A DNA stretch of 64,000 nucleotides. Source: the human T2T-CHM13v2.0 reference genome, Homo sapiens. Both the position numbers and the translations under genes were made by a program. Shown here piece by piece: positions 32,021 through 48,776 of this stretch (position 1 is the stretch's first letter; every line of letters starts with the position of its first letter). The notes beneath the pieces were generated by a model. The model worked only from the letters and a program-made list of their open reading frames with translations. It did not search any database and had not been told where the DNA came from. The stretch is from NCBI RefSeq assembly GCF_009914755.1, contig NC_060940.1; one strand, given 5' to 3'.

Positions 32021-32511
32021 GCTTTAATATATGAATTCGGGCTGGGGGGAACAAACAGTTCATCGCAAGTAGTCAGGACGAGTAATGGCAGCTGCAGTAA
32101 TAAAACATCCCACCATATCAATGGCACACATTACAGTTCCATGCAAGTGTGTGGCAGTCAGCCTTCCACACGGTGCTTCGAGGGTTCAAGCTCTTTCCAT
32201 CTGTGGCTCTGACTTCCTCATTCCCATGGGTCCACTCTACTCAGCTGGCAGACAGGGAAAGCGAGTGAAGCACTGTATGGGGTGTGTGTACGAGGCAGGC
32301 CTGGAAGAGGTGCCTGTCACTTCATCTCCTGTCCCACTTGCTAGAACTCTATCGTGTGGCTGCATTGAACTGCAAGGGAGACTGTCTATCGGGGTGTCTG
32401 GAATAAGGAAGTGGATTGAATGAACTGCTAGCCAATCTGTGCCACCATGGTGGAAAAGAGTTTGTGATGAAATCGACTTAGGAAAAGTTGTTTTTAAAAC
32501 AGTTAGATGGG

Positions 32512-32830
32512 GGCTGGGTGTGGTGGCTTACACCTGTAATCCCAGCCCTTTAGAAGGCTGAGACGGCAGGATTGCTTGAGCCCAGGAGTTTGAGACCAGC
32601 CTGGGCAACATGGTGAAACCCCGTGTCTACAAGAAATACAAAAAAATAGCCAGGCAGGTGGCGGCGCACACCTGTAGTCCCAGCTACTTGGGAGGCTGAG
32701 GCAGGAGGACCCCTGAGCCCAGGATGTTGAGGCTTTGGTGAGCTGTGATCACGCCACTGCACTCTAGCCTGGGCAACAGAGTAAGACTGTCTCAAAAAAC
32801 AAAAACAAAAAGACAAAACAAAACAAAACA
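32512..32830 (+). mobile_element. Alu (AluJ-like)
   Basis: Dimer with (CAAAA)n tail. Confidence 0.93.
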
Positions 32831-33766
32831 ACCCAGTCAGATGAATTACCTTACTGTGGAACATCTTAGGTCCTTTAGTGAACTACTGTGCATTGTGAAT
32901 TGCTAAGACGGCAGGGAGTGAATGGTGTTTCTCATCCTGACTTAAAGACTAGCCCTGTTTTGCTCAAAGAGCTTCTTGTGGCAAAAATATCAGTGTAGAG
33001 CAATAGGTCCAAAACCAAGTGAAGAGGGATGAGTGTGGAGGGGGGGAATATGACCGGGTGTTGCAATGTGGATTTCGTGGGATGAGCAAATAAAGCTCAG
33101 GAAGTCAACATCAACACAGAAGAGGCAGCCTCACAGTGCAGCCCCGGTGCCCTGCCCTGACTGTGGAAGTCACCATCCTGGCCCCCAATGAGCTCATCGA
33201 AAGAGGGACGTTGTTCACGGGCACTGAGAGGTCAGATAAGTTCATTGCAGTTGAAGGCAATAAAGCAATTTGAAAACTTCAGTACGTCATCTCCTGTGGG
33301 TCAGAAGCTGTGCTTTTCTTGGCATCATCGTCAGCCTCAAGATGGGGGACAAACACTGGCATTGCTGAGAAATTTCTTGAGAGCTCCAGGGAGCCTCTCT
33401 GCATCAGCCTGGTCTGATGCACTGGCTGGATGGAAGTGCAGAAAACCGGTTCAAATGCAGAAAACCTCTTTTCTGACCACCTGGGTCCTTCGGAGCTGAT
33501 GTGGGGTATACAGTGGAGTCCAGATTATGCAAGCTTAGGCAGGGCTGCCTCAAGTGCGGTGGGAAGGTAGATGCTGGAAACACTCAGAACTCTGCTCAAA
33601 GCCTGGCTCTGGCTTTGTTTCCTTACCTGTAAAGTGGGGACAATAGACCCTGCTCCAAATGAAAATATGAATACAGATAACAACAACAACAGTGATGATT
33701 AATTGAACACTTACTATGTACAAGGCACCGTGAACTATTTTACTTACATCATCTCTCATCCTTTCA

Positions 33767-33978
33767 GCAGTGGTTCTCAACCAGGGGTGAATTTGCCCCT
33801 CAGTGGACACTGGGCAATGTTTGGAAACATTTTTGGTTGTCACAACCAGGGGAGGGGTAGTGCTACTGGCATCCAGTGAATAGAGGCCAGGGTAAGATCC
33901 TACAGCTCATGGGACAGCCCCTAGAGCAAGGAATGATACAGCCCAAAGTGTTGACATTGCTGAGGTTGAGAAATCTGA
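33767..33978 (+). mobile_element. MER20 inside a MIR
   Basis: CAGTGGTTCTCAACC..TTTTTGGTTGTCACAAC..GAGGTTGAGAAATCTG. Confidence 0.9.
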
Positions 33979-34285
33979 CTTCCAGGGATCCTTCAAGATT
34001 GTTCCACCCTTCCCCATTTTACAGATGAAGGAACTGAGGCTCAGACATTATCTAATTTGGAGAAGTCTAGACCTGAACCGACCCGATAGCCATTGTTTGC
34101 AATGCCTCTGCGAGCATGTGTGTGTGTGTATGTGTGTTTGTGTGTGTGTACATGCCATCCCCCTTCCTCTCACCATTCTTGTTTATTGACCTTGAGCAAA
34201 CTCCTCTTCCTCTCATGGTTGTTCCAATCCGTGCTAATCATGAGAGTGTGCAACTCATGGTACTTTAAAATCAATAAGAAAGGCT

Positions 34286-34590
34286 TAGCTGGGGGTGGTG
34301 GCTCATGCCTGTAATCCCAGCACTTTGGGAGGCCGAGGTGGGTGGATCATTGAGGTCAGGACTTTGAGACCAACCTGGGCAACATGATGAAACCCCATCT
34401 CTACTAAAAATACAAAAATTAGCCAGGTGTGGTGGCACACACCTGTAATCCCAGCTTCTTAGAAAGCTGAGGCATGAGAATTACTTGAACCCAGGAGGCA
34501 GATGTTGTAGTGAGCCAAGATCGTGTCACTGCACTCCAGCCTGGGTGATAGAGTGAGATTCGGTCTCAAAAAAAAAACAACAACAAAAAA
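34286..34590 (+). mobile_element. Alu (AluS-like)
   Basis: Dimer. Confidence 0.93.
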
Positions 34591-34598
34591 GTAAACTA

Positions 34599-35012
<414 letters not shown>

Positions 35013-35076
35013 TCAATGTGGCAAAAAGTGTGAAGATGATATATTAAACATGACTGCCATTTGGGAAATATGGTTC

Positions 35077-35200
35077 TAGGGCTGTCCAGCTGGACTTTCT
35101 GCAATGATTGAAATGTTCTATTCTGTGCTATCCAATAGCCACATGTGGCTATTGAGTACTTGAAAGGTGGCTAGTGTAACTGAGGCACTGAATTTTAAAA
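35077..35200. mobile_element. MER3/MER33-like hAT fragment
   Basis: Palindrome CAATAGCCACATGTGGCTATTG, then AGTACTTGAAA..GGCTAGTG. Confidence 0.75.
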
Positions 35201-36362
35201 TTTTATTTTACTATATAAAGACAATGCAGATCTTGGGTGATAACCGTGATTGATAATGCATGCCTGGAATACTGTCTTTAGGAGGACTCAGCGGTCAGTA
35301 GTTCTGTGACAGATTATTAATGCCTGGTGTGGGTATGAGGGGGAATGTGATGGTGAGAGTGTCATTTATTGGCCATCCCTAGACTACGTTTTCTTAGAGG
35401 GTCCTTCTAGCTCTAACATTTCAGAATGATATATTCTTCCCTAAGCCTTCGGTAGAATTTAGTACCCAATTAATGATCTGTCTAACCCAGGATGTCATGG
35501 AACTATTTGTTTCTGATTTCTGTGTTTTTTAGAAAACCTCACACCATCTGCTTGTTTCCTGATAAACGTAGAGACTACTGATTAGAAGGCTTCACTTTAA
35601 AGTATTTACCCATATCTACATGCATTTGCCTGAAGCTAATTATTTCAGGCTGGTGAGATGTGAGTCACCATTTCCTTTTCTCAAGAAAGACACTAAAAAG
35701 TCACCTCTTTAGAGGCAGGGGATCATTACCAACGGAAAAGGAAGGACCCCATCTGTTTAATGTGTGGCTAAAAGTGGGGTGCTGGAAATAACCTTTCTCC
35801 ACGTGACTACAGAGTTGGGACAGGCTGTCAACAGGCTTCGGCTATCTTGGAGAGAAAGTCCCAGATTCTGCCATGGAGAACAGAGGCAAGGCATGGCATG
35901 GAACGCTCCCTCCACCCACCGCCATAGAAGCTGAATGTCAAGCAGGTTGGCAGCTTTCCCCAGCCCTCCCCCAGTGTCCCTGCCAGGCACGGAAGGACGG
36001 GTCACAGGGCTGACCCTGGCTGGCATTTCAGACAGCTTTATAATTACACCATCTATTTTTCAACTTGCCACTGACCTTTTGGTCTTCTCATTTGTGAGCA
36101 TGCGAGCATGTGTGTATGTGTGTGCGTTGGATGTGTCTTCTTTTATCTTTGCTTGATGCTCTCATCCTCATTTCCTTTTCTCTTCTCCTCTGGTCTTGTT
36201 TATCATTTAAACCACAGGTTGTTAGGGCCAAGTTGGTTTCTCTTTCCTTCTGCTTTATCCTATTATGGAATTATCTAGAATGAGCCCTGTCATCTCTCTG
36301 ACCTCACTTTCCCATCTGTCAAATCAAAGGTTTTGATTGGATCATAAGAATTGGTAACATTG

Positions 36363-36364
<2 letters not shown>

Positions 36365-36393
<29 letters not shown>

Positions 36394-36670
36394 ACAGAGT
36401 CTCACTCTGTCCCCCAGGCTGGAGTGCAGTGGCATGATCTTGGCTCACTGCAACCTCCGCCTCCCAGGTTCAACTAATTCTTCTGCCTTAGCCTCCCCAA
36501 TAGCTGGGGACTACAGGTGCGTGCCACCACTCCTGGCTAATTTTTGTATTTTTAGTAGAGACGGGGTTTCACCACGTTGGCCAGGCTGGTTCGAACTCCT
36601 GACCTTGTGATCTGTCCGCCGCAGCCTCCCAAAGTGCTGGGATTACAGGCATAAACCACTGCACCCAGCC
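36365..36670 (-). mobile_element. Alu (AluS-like)
   Basis: Poly(T) and antisense dimer. Confidence 0.95.
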
Positions 36671-37140
36671 AACATAGAACTCTTGACTCTGCCCACCATA
36701 TTGCTGTCACCTGCTGTCACTGCCTTAGTCCAAGTCCTCATCACCTGTCACCATTGGGACCAAGGTTCTATCACTCCAGAATGGTACCCCCACCCTTGGG
36801 CTCCCCTCCAATCTGTTCATGAACCTGAGCTAGAGGCATCTTTTGGAAATGCCCATTGGATCATGTCACTCCCCCATCGTCCTTGTACCCTCCAAGCCCA
36901 GCCTCCCTAACATGTCCTCTGAGGCGAATCATCAGGTCCACCATCTGCCCACCTCTCGTCCCCACTCTACGTCACTCTCCTGCACTCTCTACCCTCCAGC
37001 CCTCCTGGCCCTCAGTTCCTCAAGCATGTTAGTCTCCCTCTGGTAACAGACATTTCTGCCGGTGGTCCCCTATCCTAGAACAGCTGTTTTCTAACATGGT
37101 TGCATATTGGAATCGCCTTGGGAGCTTAAAAAAATCCTAA

Positions 37141-37565
<425 letters not shown>

Positions 37566-37774
37566 TAGGATGCCCTTTTTCCTTTCCTCCGCTCTCATCA
37601 ACTCATCCCTTAGAGGCGATGTCAAAATTTCATCTCTGGTTTCCACCTACGTCTAAGTTGGACCCCTTGTTTTATGCTCTCACAGGACCATGGGCTGTAT
37701 TTTGAGAGCACATAGCTCAGTTTGCAATGACATATGTGTTAGTGTGATGTTTGATTACTGTCTTTCTCCCTGAC

Positions 37775-38100
37775 TGTGGGACCAGCCTCTAAGATGGCAC
37801 CCAATGTTCTCCACCTCCTGCTGTTACACCCTGTAAGGTGTGATCCCTTCCCACATTGTACCAGCCTTGGTTTCTGTGACCAGTTGCATATGGCAGAGGT
37901 GATGGTATGTCACTCTCAAGATTAAGTTTTAAAACACGACGACTTCCATCTTGAGGATTCTCTCTCCCCTGGATCACTAACTTTGGGGGAAGCCAATCCC
38001 CATGTCATGGGGTCATGAGGACATTCAAGGCAGCCTATGAAGAGATGCAGGTAAGAAACAAAGACCTCTGGCCAGTAAGGAATTGCAGCCAGCCAAGAGC
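37775..38100 (+). mobile_element. MLT1F-like MaLR LTR
   Basis: CAGCCTCTAAGATGGC..GGCAGAGGTGATGGTATGTCACT. Confidence 0.7.
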
Positions 38101-38104
38101 CAAG

Positions 38105-38355
38105 GGGGATCACCTGAGATCGGGGGTTCGAGACCAGCCCGACCAATATGATGAACCCCTGTCTCTACTAAATATACAAAAATTAGCTGGGTGTGGTGGC
38201 ACATGCCTGTAATCCCAGCTACTTGGGAGGCTGAGACACGAGAATCACTTGAACCTGGGAGGCGGATGCTGTAGTCAGACGAGATTGTACCACTGCACTC
38301 CAGTCTGGGCGACAGAGTAAGACTCTGTCTCAAAAAAAAAAAACAAACAAAAAAC
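38105..38355 (+). mobile_element. 5'-truncated Alu (AluSp-like)
   Basis: Alu body and tail. Confidence 0.9.
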
Positions 38356-38985
38356 ATACTCCCTTGTCAAGCCTAAAACCCCCTCCCCAGCCTCTAGCTC
38401 TGGCTTATGGGAGTCAGTTGCAGAGGTAGAATGGACAAGAAATGGGACTTGAGATCAACATTGTGGAATGTTGTAGCAATCAGGCCTCTTTTGGTTTGCA
38501 AACAACAGAAAACTGACTGAAGCAAAGAAAGAAAGTTATTGGCAGCCAGGCACTGACTAGCTTCAGGTATGGCTAGACCCAGGGGTTCATTCTGGTCCCT
38601 TGCTTCTTTCTTCTTATTCTCTCTTCTCCCTGTTTCTCTTCCCTAGTTTCTTCTATGATGGCTACATTCCTTGGTAAGCTCTCTTCTAGGTGGGATCCCC
38701 CACCAGTTCCAAACATGCACCACCCCTTCCAGCGAACTCCAGTGGAAAGAGATCTTCTGCTAATACATCCAACGAGAAGCCTGGGATACACATCCTTGGT
38801 TTGACTTGGGTTCTGTGGCCCTCTGTGACACCCCTGGCATGTGGCCAGAACTGTGGCACCTGATACCTCACAGGTACTTCTGCTTCCACCATGGCAAAGC
38901 CCAGGATAACGCCAGTGCCATCTAAACAACAGAAACTAATGTCGGGGATAGTAGGACCTCCAAAGTACAGTGAGAAGGCATAATG

Positions 38986-39250
38986 GGCCAGGCATGGTGG
39001 CTCATATCTGTAATCCCAGCACTTTGGGAGGCAAGCAGATCACTTGATGTCAGGAGTTCAAAACCAGCCTGACCAACATGATGAAACCCCCTCTCTACTA
39101 AAAATACAAAACTAGCTGGGCGTGGTAGTAATCCCAGCTACCCGGAAGGCTGAGGCAGGAGAATCACTTCAACCTGGCAGGCAGGGGTTGCAGTGAGCCA
39201 AAGTTGCACCACTGCACTCCAGCCTGGGTGACAGAGCAAGACTCTGTCTC

Positions 39251-39275
<25 letters not shown>
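38986..39275 (+). mobile_element. Alu (AluS-like)
   Basis: TSD AAGGCATAATG; long poly(A). Confidence 0.95.
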
Positions 39276-39281
<6 letters not shown>

Positions 39282-39505
39282 ATGGATGCTGCACAGGTGT
39301 CCATCATAGGTGGGTGGTTCCCATGGACAGTAAGTCACCCTGGATGGAGGTTACATTTCGGTGGTCAGAAAGACTGTTAATCAAATCCAAGAACCTTCTA
39401 TAAAAGAGAGATGAGTCACCAGGAAATCACTGGGTGATTTCCATGAGAAGGAGCCATCAGATATATCCCTGGCACAGAGTAGGTACTCGATAATTTGCTG
39501 AATTA

Positions 39506-39825
<320 letters not shown>

Positions 39826-40120
39826 GGAAATGAGTGAAAGGCAGTGGAGGGCACACTGGGGAACTGGAAGACCCCTAGCTGGTTTATGGGCATCGTGGAA
39901 AGTGGCACATGGAGGAGGGAACAGCTTCTACTCAGAGGGAGTTGCAGACAAAGTAAAACGAGGAGTAAGAGGGGCTCAGGACTCAGAGGAGAGGCTGAGA
40001 ATGCAGGGGGATTTGCTTCACAGAAACAAGAGCTCTGGGGGCTTCAGTGGAAAATTGAGAGAAGGAGGGGCAGGAAGGGGGAAAGGAAGCGTGCTGTGTG
40101 TGTGCACAAGAACACAAGTC

Positions 40121-40460
40121 TGGGCCCAGCGTGGCAGTGCACACCTGTAATCCCAGCACTCTGGGAGGCAGAGGTGGGTGAATCACTTGAGGCCAGGAGT
40201 TCGAGACCAGCCTGACCAACACATGAAACCCCATCTCTACTGAAAATACAAAAAAAAAAAAAAAGAAAAAAGAAAAATTAGCTGGGTGTGGTGGCACACA
40301 CCTGTAGTTCCAGCTACTCGGGAGGCTGAAGCACGAGAATCACTTGAGCTGGGAGGCAGAGGTTGCAGTGAGCTGAGACGGCAGCACTGCACTGCACTCC
40401 AGCCTGGGCGACAGAGTGAGGCTCTGCCTTAAAAAAAAAAAAAGAGAGAGAGAAAAAAAA
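40121..40460 (+). mobile_element. Alu
   Basis: Dimer with expanded middle A-tract. Confidence 0.92.
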
Positions 40461-41635
40461 CCCAAAAACCAGAAGACTGGATTGACAGATTGAGCTAGAG
40501 TCTGCATGGAGAGGAAGGATGATATGGGTGGGGGACATGGTGGAATGAGCTGTCCTCAGGGTGCCATATAAAGTCCTGGAAGCAAACTGGAGTCTGGCGA
40601 TTGGTCCTGTGTTTGGATGGAAAAGCAGAGGTCACTGGGGTTGAGAAGTGTCTGTGTGAGAGAGAAAGAGAACCTGGAGGTCACCTCCTTTCTCCCCCAG
40701 TGGCGCATGGCTTTTATCTTACTGATTTTCTGGAACTGAATGATGTAAACCAAGAAGAAAGTGTTGTTGTCAAATTGACATTCTCAGTCTGTAATTAACT
40801 ACTCCTTTCTGTTTTTAAACAAAGCATACTGTAAAATTTATTAGTATCAATGAATATTTGTATCCACGCTAAATCTTTTAGGTATTGAACTGTTTCCTTT
40901 ATGTTAGGTCTGATTTCATCACAATAAATGGTACCCAGGGGCATGATGATTGCATTGGTTGTTTAATCTGAATTTTGGATGCCTGGCAAAATCCATGCCA
41001 ATACAAACAATTAGCTTTAGAGCGCCTGACGGATCCGACTGGAGCCAAGATCAGCAAGGTGTCCACGACAAAGAGGAGCAGACATGAGTTCCCAATTTCT
41101 GGTTCCCCAGGATCTGATGTGATCACCTGTGGAAAAAGCCCATCATGTACTGAAAGGGTGTTAAAATTATCAGCCCTGCTGGGGAGATGTTGCTGAACTG
41201 TCTACACAACATCAAAACGCTTGTTTTCTTAAATGATAATTAGAGCAGCTCCATGGGAGAGCTAGTTCATAAAGACGCTCCCCGTGAAACTGCTCCATCC
41301 ACACAAACAAGCCAGACGCGGTGCTGTGACCAGAAGGGCAGAGGCCACCGCTAATTAGACATGACATCAGCATTTATACTCTGCTGACCAATTACGTCGG
41401 AAGAAGTAAATAAAGCTAATGAAACTTTCCTTTCATCCAAGCTAGGAGCTGCAGACTCTCCGTAGGTGAGTAACGTTGGCCCAGAAACGCCTCTGCTGGA
41501 GATCTTTCGGGTAATGTGTGACTTTATTCCTAGAATTCCTTGGAGAGAAAAAAAAATACTTAACTAAATTGAATAATGAAATAAATAAACTTGGTTCCAT
41601 TTGTCAGTGGAGACATAATTTGAGGATGAAAATAA

Positions 41636-42124
<489 letters not shown>

Positions 42125-42399
42125 TGACACTCACAAGCTACGTGACCTTGAGCAAGTTCCTCAGTGTCTGAGGTCTCAGTTTTCTCATCTGAAAAATGGG
42201 AATAATCAAAATACTTACCTTGGTGGGGTTGTTTTTAGCGCTCAGTGAGTTCATACATGGGAAGTAATCACAATAGTCTCAGGCCACGTAGCTGACGTCT
42301 CAGCTGCCTGCTCCTTTATAGACAAGAGGGAAAGTTTGTTTTGTTCCTTTGAAGCTGCATTATAAAAAAATTTGACTGCTGCTGTGCTATCAAATGTAG

Positions 42400-42713
42400 T
42401 TTTTTTTTGTTTGTTTGTTTGTTTTTGAGACTAAGCTTCACTCACTCTGTTGCCTGGGCTGAAGTGCAGTGGTGCAATCTCGGCTCACTGCAACCTCCAC
42501 CTCCTGGGATCAGTGATTCTCCTGCCTCAGCCTCCCGAGTTTCTGGGACTACAGGCATGTGCCACCACACTCGACTAATTTTTGTATTTTTAGTAGAGAT
42601 GGGGTTCACCATGTTGGCTAGTTGGTCTCGAACTCCTGACCTCAGGTGATATCCCCCCACCTCTGCCTCCCAAAGTGCTGAAATTACAGGCATAAGTCAC
42701 TGCACCCAGCCCA
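42400..42713 (-). mobile_element. Alu (AluS-like)
   Basis: Antisense dimer. Confidence 0.93.
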
Positions 42714-43073
42714 AATCTAGCTTTAAGAACCCAGTCTGGGAGGCTAAGCACATTTTAAGGGGGACCATGGGCCCCTCATGGATGCACGGCTGGGCTCTGT
42801 GCTGGGGGATGAGGGTGGAGGAACAAACACGTGATGTTTGAAGATGATCAATGTCATGATTATCTATTATGCAAATACTCTGCACAGACACAATGGACAG
42901 TGCAGAAGCATTTGGTTATATTCTGCCAAGATTTGCTCATGTATCAGTGCTAAGGTGTCAAGAAGGCTCATGTTAACCTTAAGGGAAAGGTACTATATTG
43001 TCCCCATTTTATAGATAAAGAAACTGAGTCTCAGAAACAGGACATGACCTACCCAAGGCCGCAGAATCATTGA

Positions 43074-43743
<670 letters not shown>

Positions 43744-44181
43744 TGAAAAAAATGCGCATCTTAGAATTGAGGAGACGCACCCTGCCCTGGAGGTGACGTT
43801 CTGTGTCTTGTGTGCTCACTACAAGAATGGCTCTTGGAGGAGTGGACTGAAAACTTCTGCACTGTGCTGCCCACCCGGCGGTGCTGGGGGAGGTGCTCAG
43901 GTATGGCTGGGGGAGTCAGGGAGCAGGTGAGATGGGAGCTGGTCCCTGAAAGAAGTTTGGGCGGAGCAGTGGTCCAGGAGTTGTTCTAACTAAGGAACAT
44001 CACCAGGAAAGGCCTAAGGAAAAGAGGCCCTGGGGGAGGCGGTTCCTCCAAGGAGAGTCCTGAGGCCTTAGCAACTGTGAGTTGTGAGACATTGGGGCAC
44101 AGGACAGAGGCAGAACCTGAGTTTCTGGTTTAAGGCACGTGGGTAGGGGCTGTTGCTATTTGTCGAGACAGAGAAATACGA

Positions 44182-44495
44182 GACAGGCGTAGTGTCTCAC
44201 ACCTGTAATCCCAGCACTTTGGGAGGCTGAGGTGGGTGGATTGCTTGAGCTCAGGAGTTCAAGACCAGCCTGGGAAACAGTGAAACCCTGTCTCTACTAA
44301 AAAATACAAAAATTAGCCAGGCATGGTGGCTGGTGCCTGTGGTCCAGCTTCCCACTTGGGGAGGCTGAGGCGGGAGGATCACTTGAGCCTGGGAGGTAGA
44401 GGTTGCAATAAGCCGAGATCGTGCCGCTGAACTCCCCCCTGGGGTACAGAGGGAAACCCTGTCTTGAAAGAAAGAAAAGAAAAGAAAAAAAAACA
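44182..44495 (+). mobile_element. Alu (AluJ-like)
   Basis: Dimer. Confidence 0.92.
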
Positions 44496-45157
44496 AGAGA
44501 AAGTGCTTTCGGAACAGAGATGAATTAAAGTTTGGAAATGGTGTGTGTGCGTTGTTTTGGGGACACTGTCATGCTGTCCAGTCAGCGGAAGTTCATCTTG
44601 TCTTAAAATCATTCTATGTGGGAACTGTCATCACATACACAGTAATGAATGTGATTGGTGTCGATCAGGTTTCCTAGGAACGTCAGGGAGCAGAGAAGGC
44701 TGCCCAGGACACAGGAAACATCAGTGTTTAAGTCGTCTCGCAAGAGACAAAGGCTGCTCTCTGTTCACCCGCGCCAGGCACAGGGCGCGGTACCTCCTCG
44801 GCAAGTCTTTGGAATGGATGAATAATCGGAAGGTTCATGGTGTTGGGAGGGTTGCTGAGCAGGGAAGCCTTAAATCCAGAAAGCCTCATCTGCTTCACAA
44901 TGAAACACAGCACAGAGGAAGCAACAAGGAGGCAACACACATTTATAAGAAGGGTGAGGCCCCAGGCCAGGCAATGAGGACACAGTGGCTATGAAGACAC
45001 TGCTCCTGCTCTCAGGGTATCATGTTGGATTTCATCCCACAACGACATAACAGAACAGGAAAACCCGAACCTATAGGGTAAATACAATACCATGTCACTT
45101 TAACAGTTTTTCACACCAAAATATGTGGTTTAAGGGTGTGATATTGCAGTTTGGTAG

Positions 45158-45813
<656 letters not shown>

Positions 45814-46380
45814 TAGCTTAAGAGAGCAAATCCAGAGTATTTCAAAAATACTATGAGATGAAATCATTAGCTCTTTTTGTGGAAGCTTGAAAGGACAGCT
45901 TGGAAGACCAAGGAGAGACTTTCAAACATCACAGTAACAGGCTACATCCTGGATCCGCTCTCCTTCAGTGCCTACAACACATCCATATGGTCTGCCCAGA
46001 GGCAGGGATTCCGTGAAAGGCAGATGTCACCCGTTCTATACAGATGGTGGCTCTTTCCTGACATGACCAAGGCGAACTGTGCATAAATCCAGAAAGCCTC
46101 ACCTACTTCACAATGAAACACAGCACAGGGTGCCTCTGAGAGAGGAATTAGCAGGAAATGGACATGCGCCTATCAAACAATGGATCGATTACATTATCCC
46201 ACGTCTCCATCCACTGCCCTAGCCTCATTGGCCTTTCCATTCCCTCCATTCTGGTCTCTAAAAAGAAGGGTTCGGCTGGGCATGGAGGCTCACACCTGTA
46301 ATCCCAACACTTTAGGAAGCCAAGGTGGGTGGATCACTTGAGGTCAGGAGTTGGAGATATGGCTATGTTGCCCAGGCTGC

Positions 46381-47420
46381 AGTTCTTTATGTATTTTGGA
46401 TACAAGCCCTTTATCTGATAAATGTGCTGCAATTTATTTTTCCAGCCTTGCCTCCCATTTTCTAATATCACTGAAGAGCAAAATCTTTATAATAAAGTCC
46501 AATTTAGTAATATTTTGCTTCGTGACTCACGTTTTCTGTTTGTTGAGCATAGAGAATTTAATTTTTTAAAAAATTTCACAAAATATGAGAAGTTGTTGGC
46601 TAGCATTTTTCCAAATTTTTGGGGGCCCATTCTTTCTTTCCTTTCTGGTACTCATCACCTGTACTTTAGACTTTTGATATAGGGTCCTGAAGCTTTGCTT
46701 AATAAAATCCTTTTTGTCTTTGTATTTTAGAATGAATACTTTCTACTGATCTGTCTTCATGTTTCCTGACTCTTTTCTCTCTTCTCCATTCTGCTATTAA
46801 GCCCATCCAGTAAGTTTTAAAATTTCAGATGTTATATTTTTCAGTTCTGAAATTTTCATTTGATTTTTTCTATGTTCTAGGAGATATCATTTCTTTTCAT
46901 TCATACTAAGTATATTTTCCTTTACTTTATAAAGCTTTGTTATAGGAGCTGCTCTGTTCTCCTGCAGTGATAATTCCAACATCTGGGGCATCTTAGGACT
47001 GTTTTATCCTTTGAGAGTGATGTATTTTCTTTTCTTTTTTCTGTTGTTGCTTTTGTTGTATGTCAAGCAATTTTGGGTTGTATGCTGGGGATTGTGGATA
47101 TTACATTGTGGAGAACTAGGATTCAGTTATATTCTTCTGAAGAATGTTGAGGCTTTTGCAGGCAATTAACTTGATCAGACTCCAGTGGTAAGCTTTCTAT
47201 TGCTTCCTCTGGGCAGTGATTCAAATCTTGGTTCAATTCTTTAAGCCTCTGTTGCCCTGTCTGTCCTGCTCATGCATGCTTTGGGGGTAAGCAAGAGATC
47301 TGTGTGACGCTCATATACAAATCAGAGGCTTCCTATCCCTGGCTTGTCTCCCTGCTAGGACTCCTCACTCCCCAGTGACCCAGGCTTCTTCCTCTGGTAT
47401 CTCTGGTCTAATACACAGTG
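46381..47420 (-). mobile_element. Ancient L1M fragments, preceded by Alu fragment 46274-46380
   Basis: TTCTTTATGTATTTTGGATACAAGCCCTTTATCTGATA; CCATTCTGCTATTAAGCCCATCCAGT. Confidence 0.7.
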
Positions 47421-47427
47421 AATGTTA

Positions 47428-47815
<388 letters not shown>

Positions 47816-48776
47816 TCACCAAGGTTTTGAGTTCCTTGCATGTCTTCACTCTGAATCGCCAGGTAGGTCTTTTCGTCTATAAAGTTATCTGTAGGAAGTT
47901 TGGACTATAGGGGCTTAAACCACTCAACTCCAGCTGGAGTCAATTCCTTTTTTGTTCAGGGTGCACAAGCCTGGAGTTTTCAGATTCCCTTTTACTCCTT
48001 CTGTGACTTCCATCTTTCCTGTCTTTCTGTCCTTAGGTATCTTGCAGTGCTGCTAGATTTTCCCAGGAATCTTATTCATTCCCATGACGTCCCTGGGCTG
48101 CACTCCCATGATGCAGTTTTCAGTGTTTCCTGAGTTTCATGCCTGTATTTCAAGCCATCTCTTTTACATTCACATAGAACCTTCAGTCTAGAGTCACTCT
48201 CTTGTCTGGCTCACCTGCTTTGGTTACTGTACAGTATTTGTTCAGTGAACTAGGCTTAGAATTACTACAAGTAGAGGATATTTTTGTTATCACCTCCAAT
48301 TTCTTCACCGAGTGCACTGAACTAAAGATGACAATGATGCTGCTAGTTATTGATGGAACTACTGAGAATACTTCACTTTGAGGACAATCCCACAAGGACT
48401 ACTACCAGGCTTAGGAATATCACTTCCTTCCCTTTCTTCCTCCCCTATCGATTGAGTGTTCATAGTGATAATCGGTATAGATTACTATGTGATCGCCATA
48501 GCTATATAGCTTTACCCACCAACCATTGCTGAGTATTCTTTGAGCAGCAACTCTATGCCCTTAGGCACAGTTCCAGCTGCTGGGGATAGAGTGGCAAATG
48601 GGACAGACATGGTCCCTGCTGTCTGGAGCTTGCATTCTGGTGGGTGGGTGTGGTGGGTTACACTTCGAGATAATTAAGCAAGGATATTTCTCAGCGATGC
48701 GCTATGAAAAAAACAAGCAAGGGAACAAGAATGCAATACTGGGACAAGGAGTGTAACCTTAGATAGGGTGGAGCAG

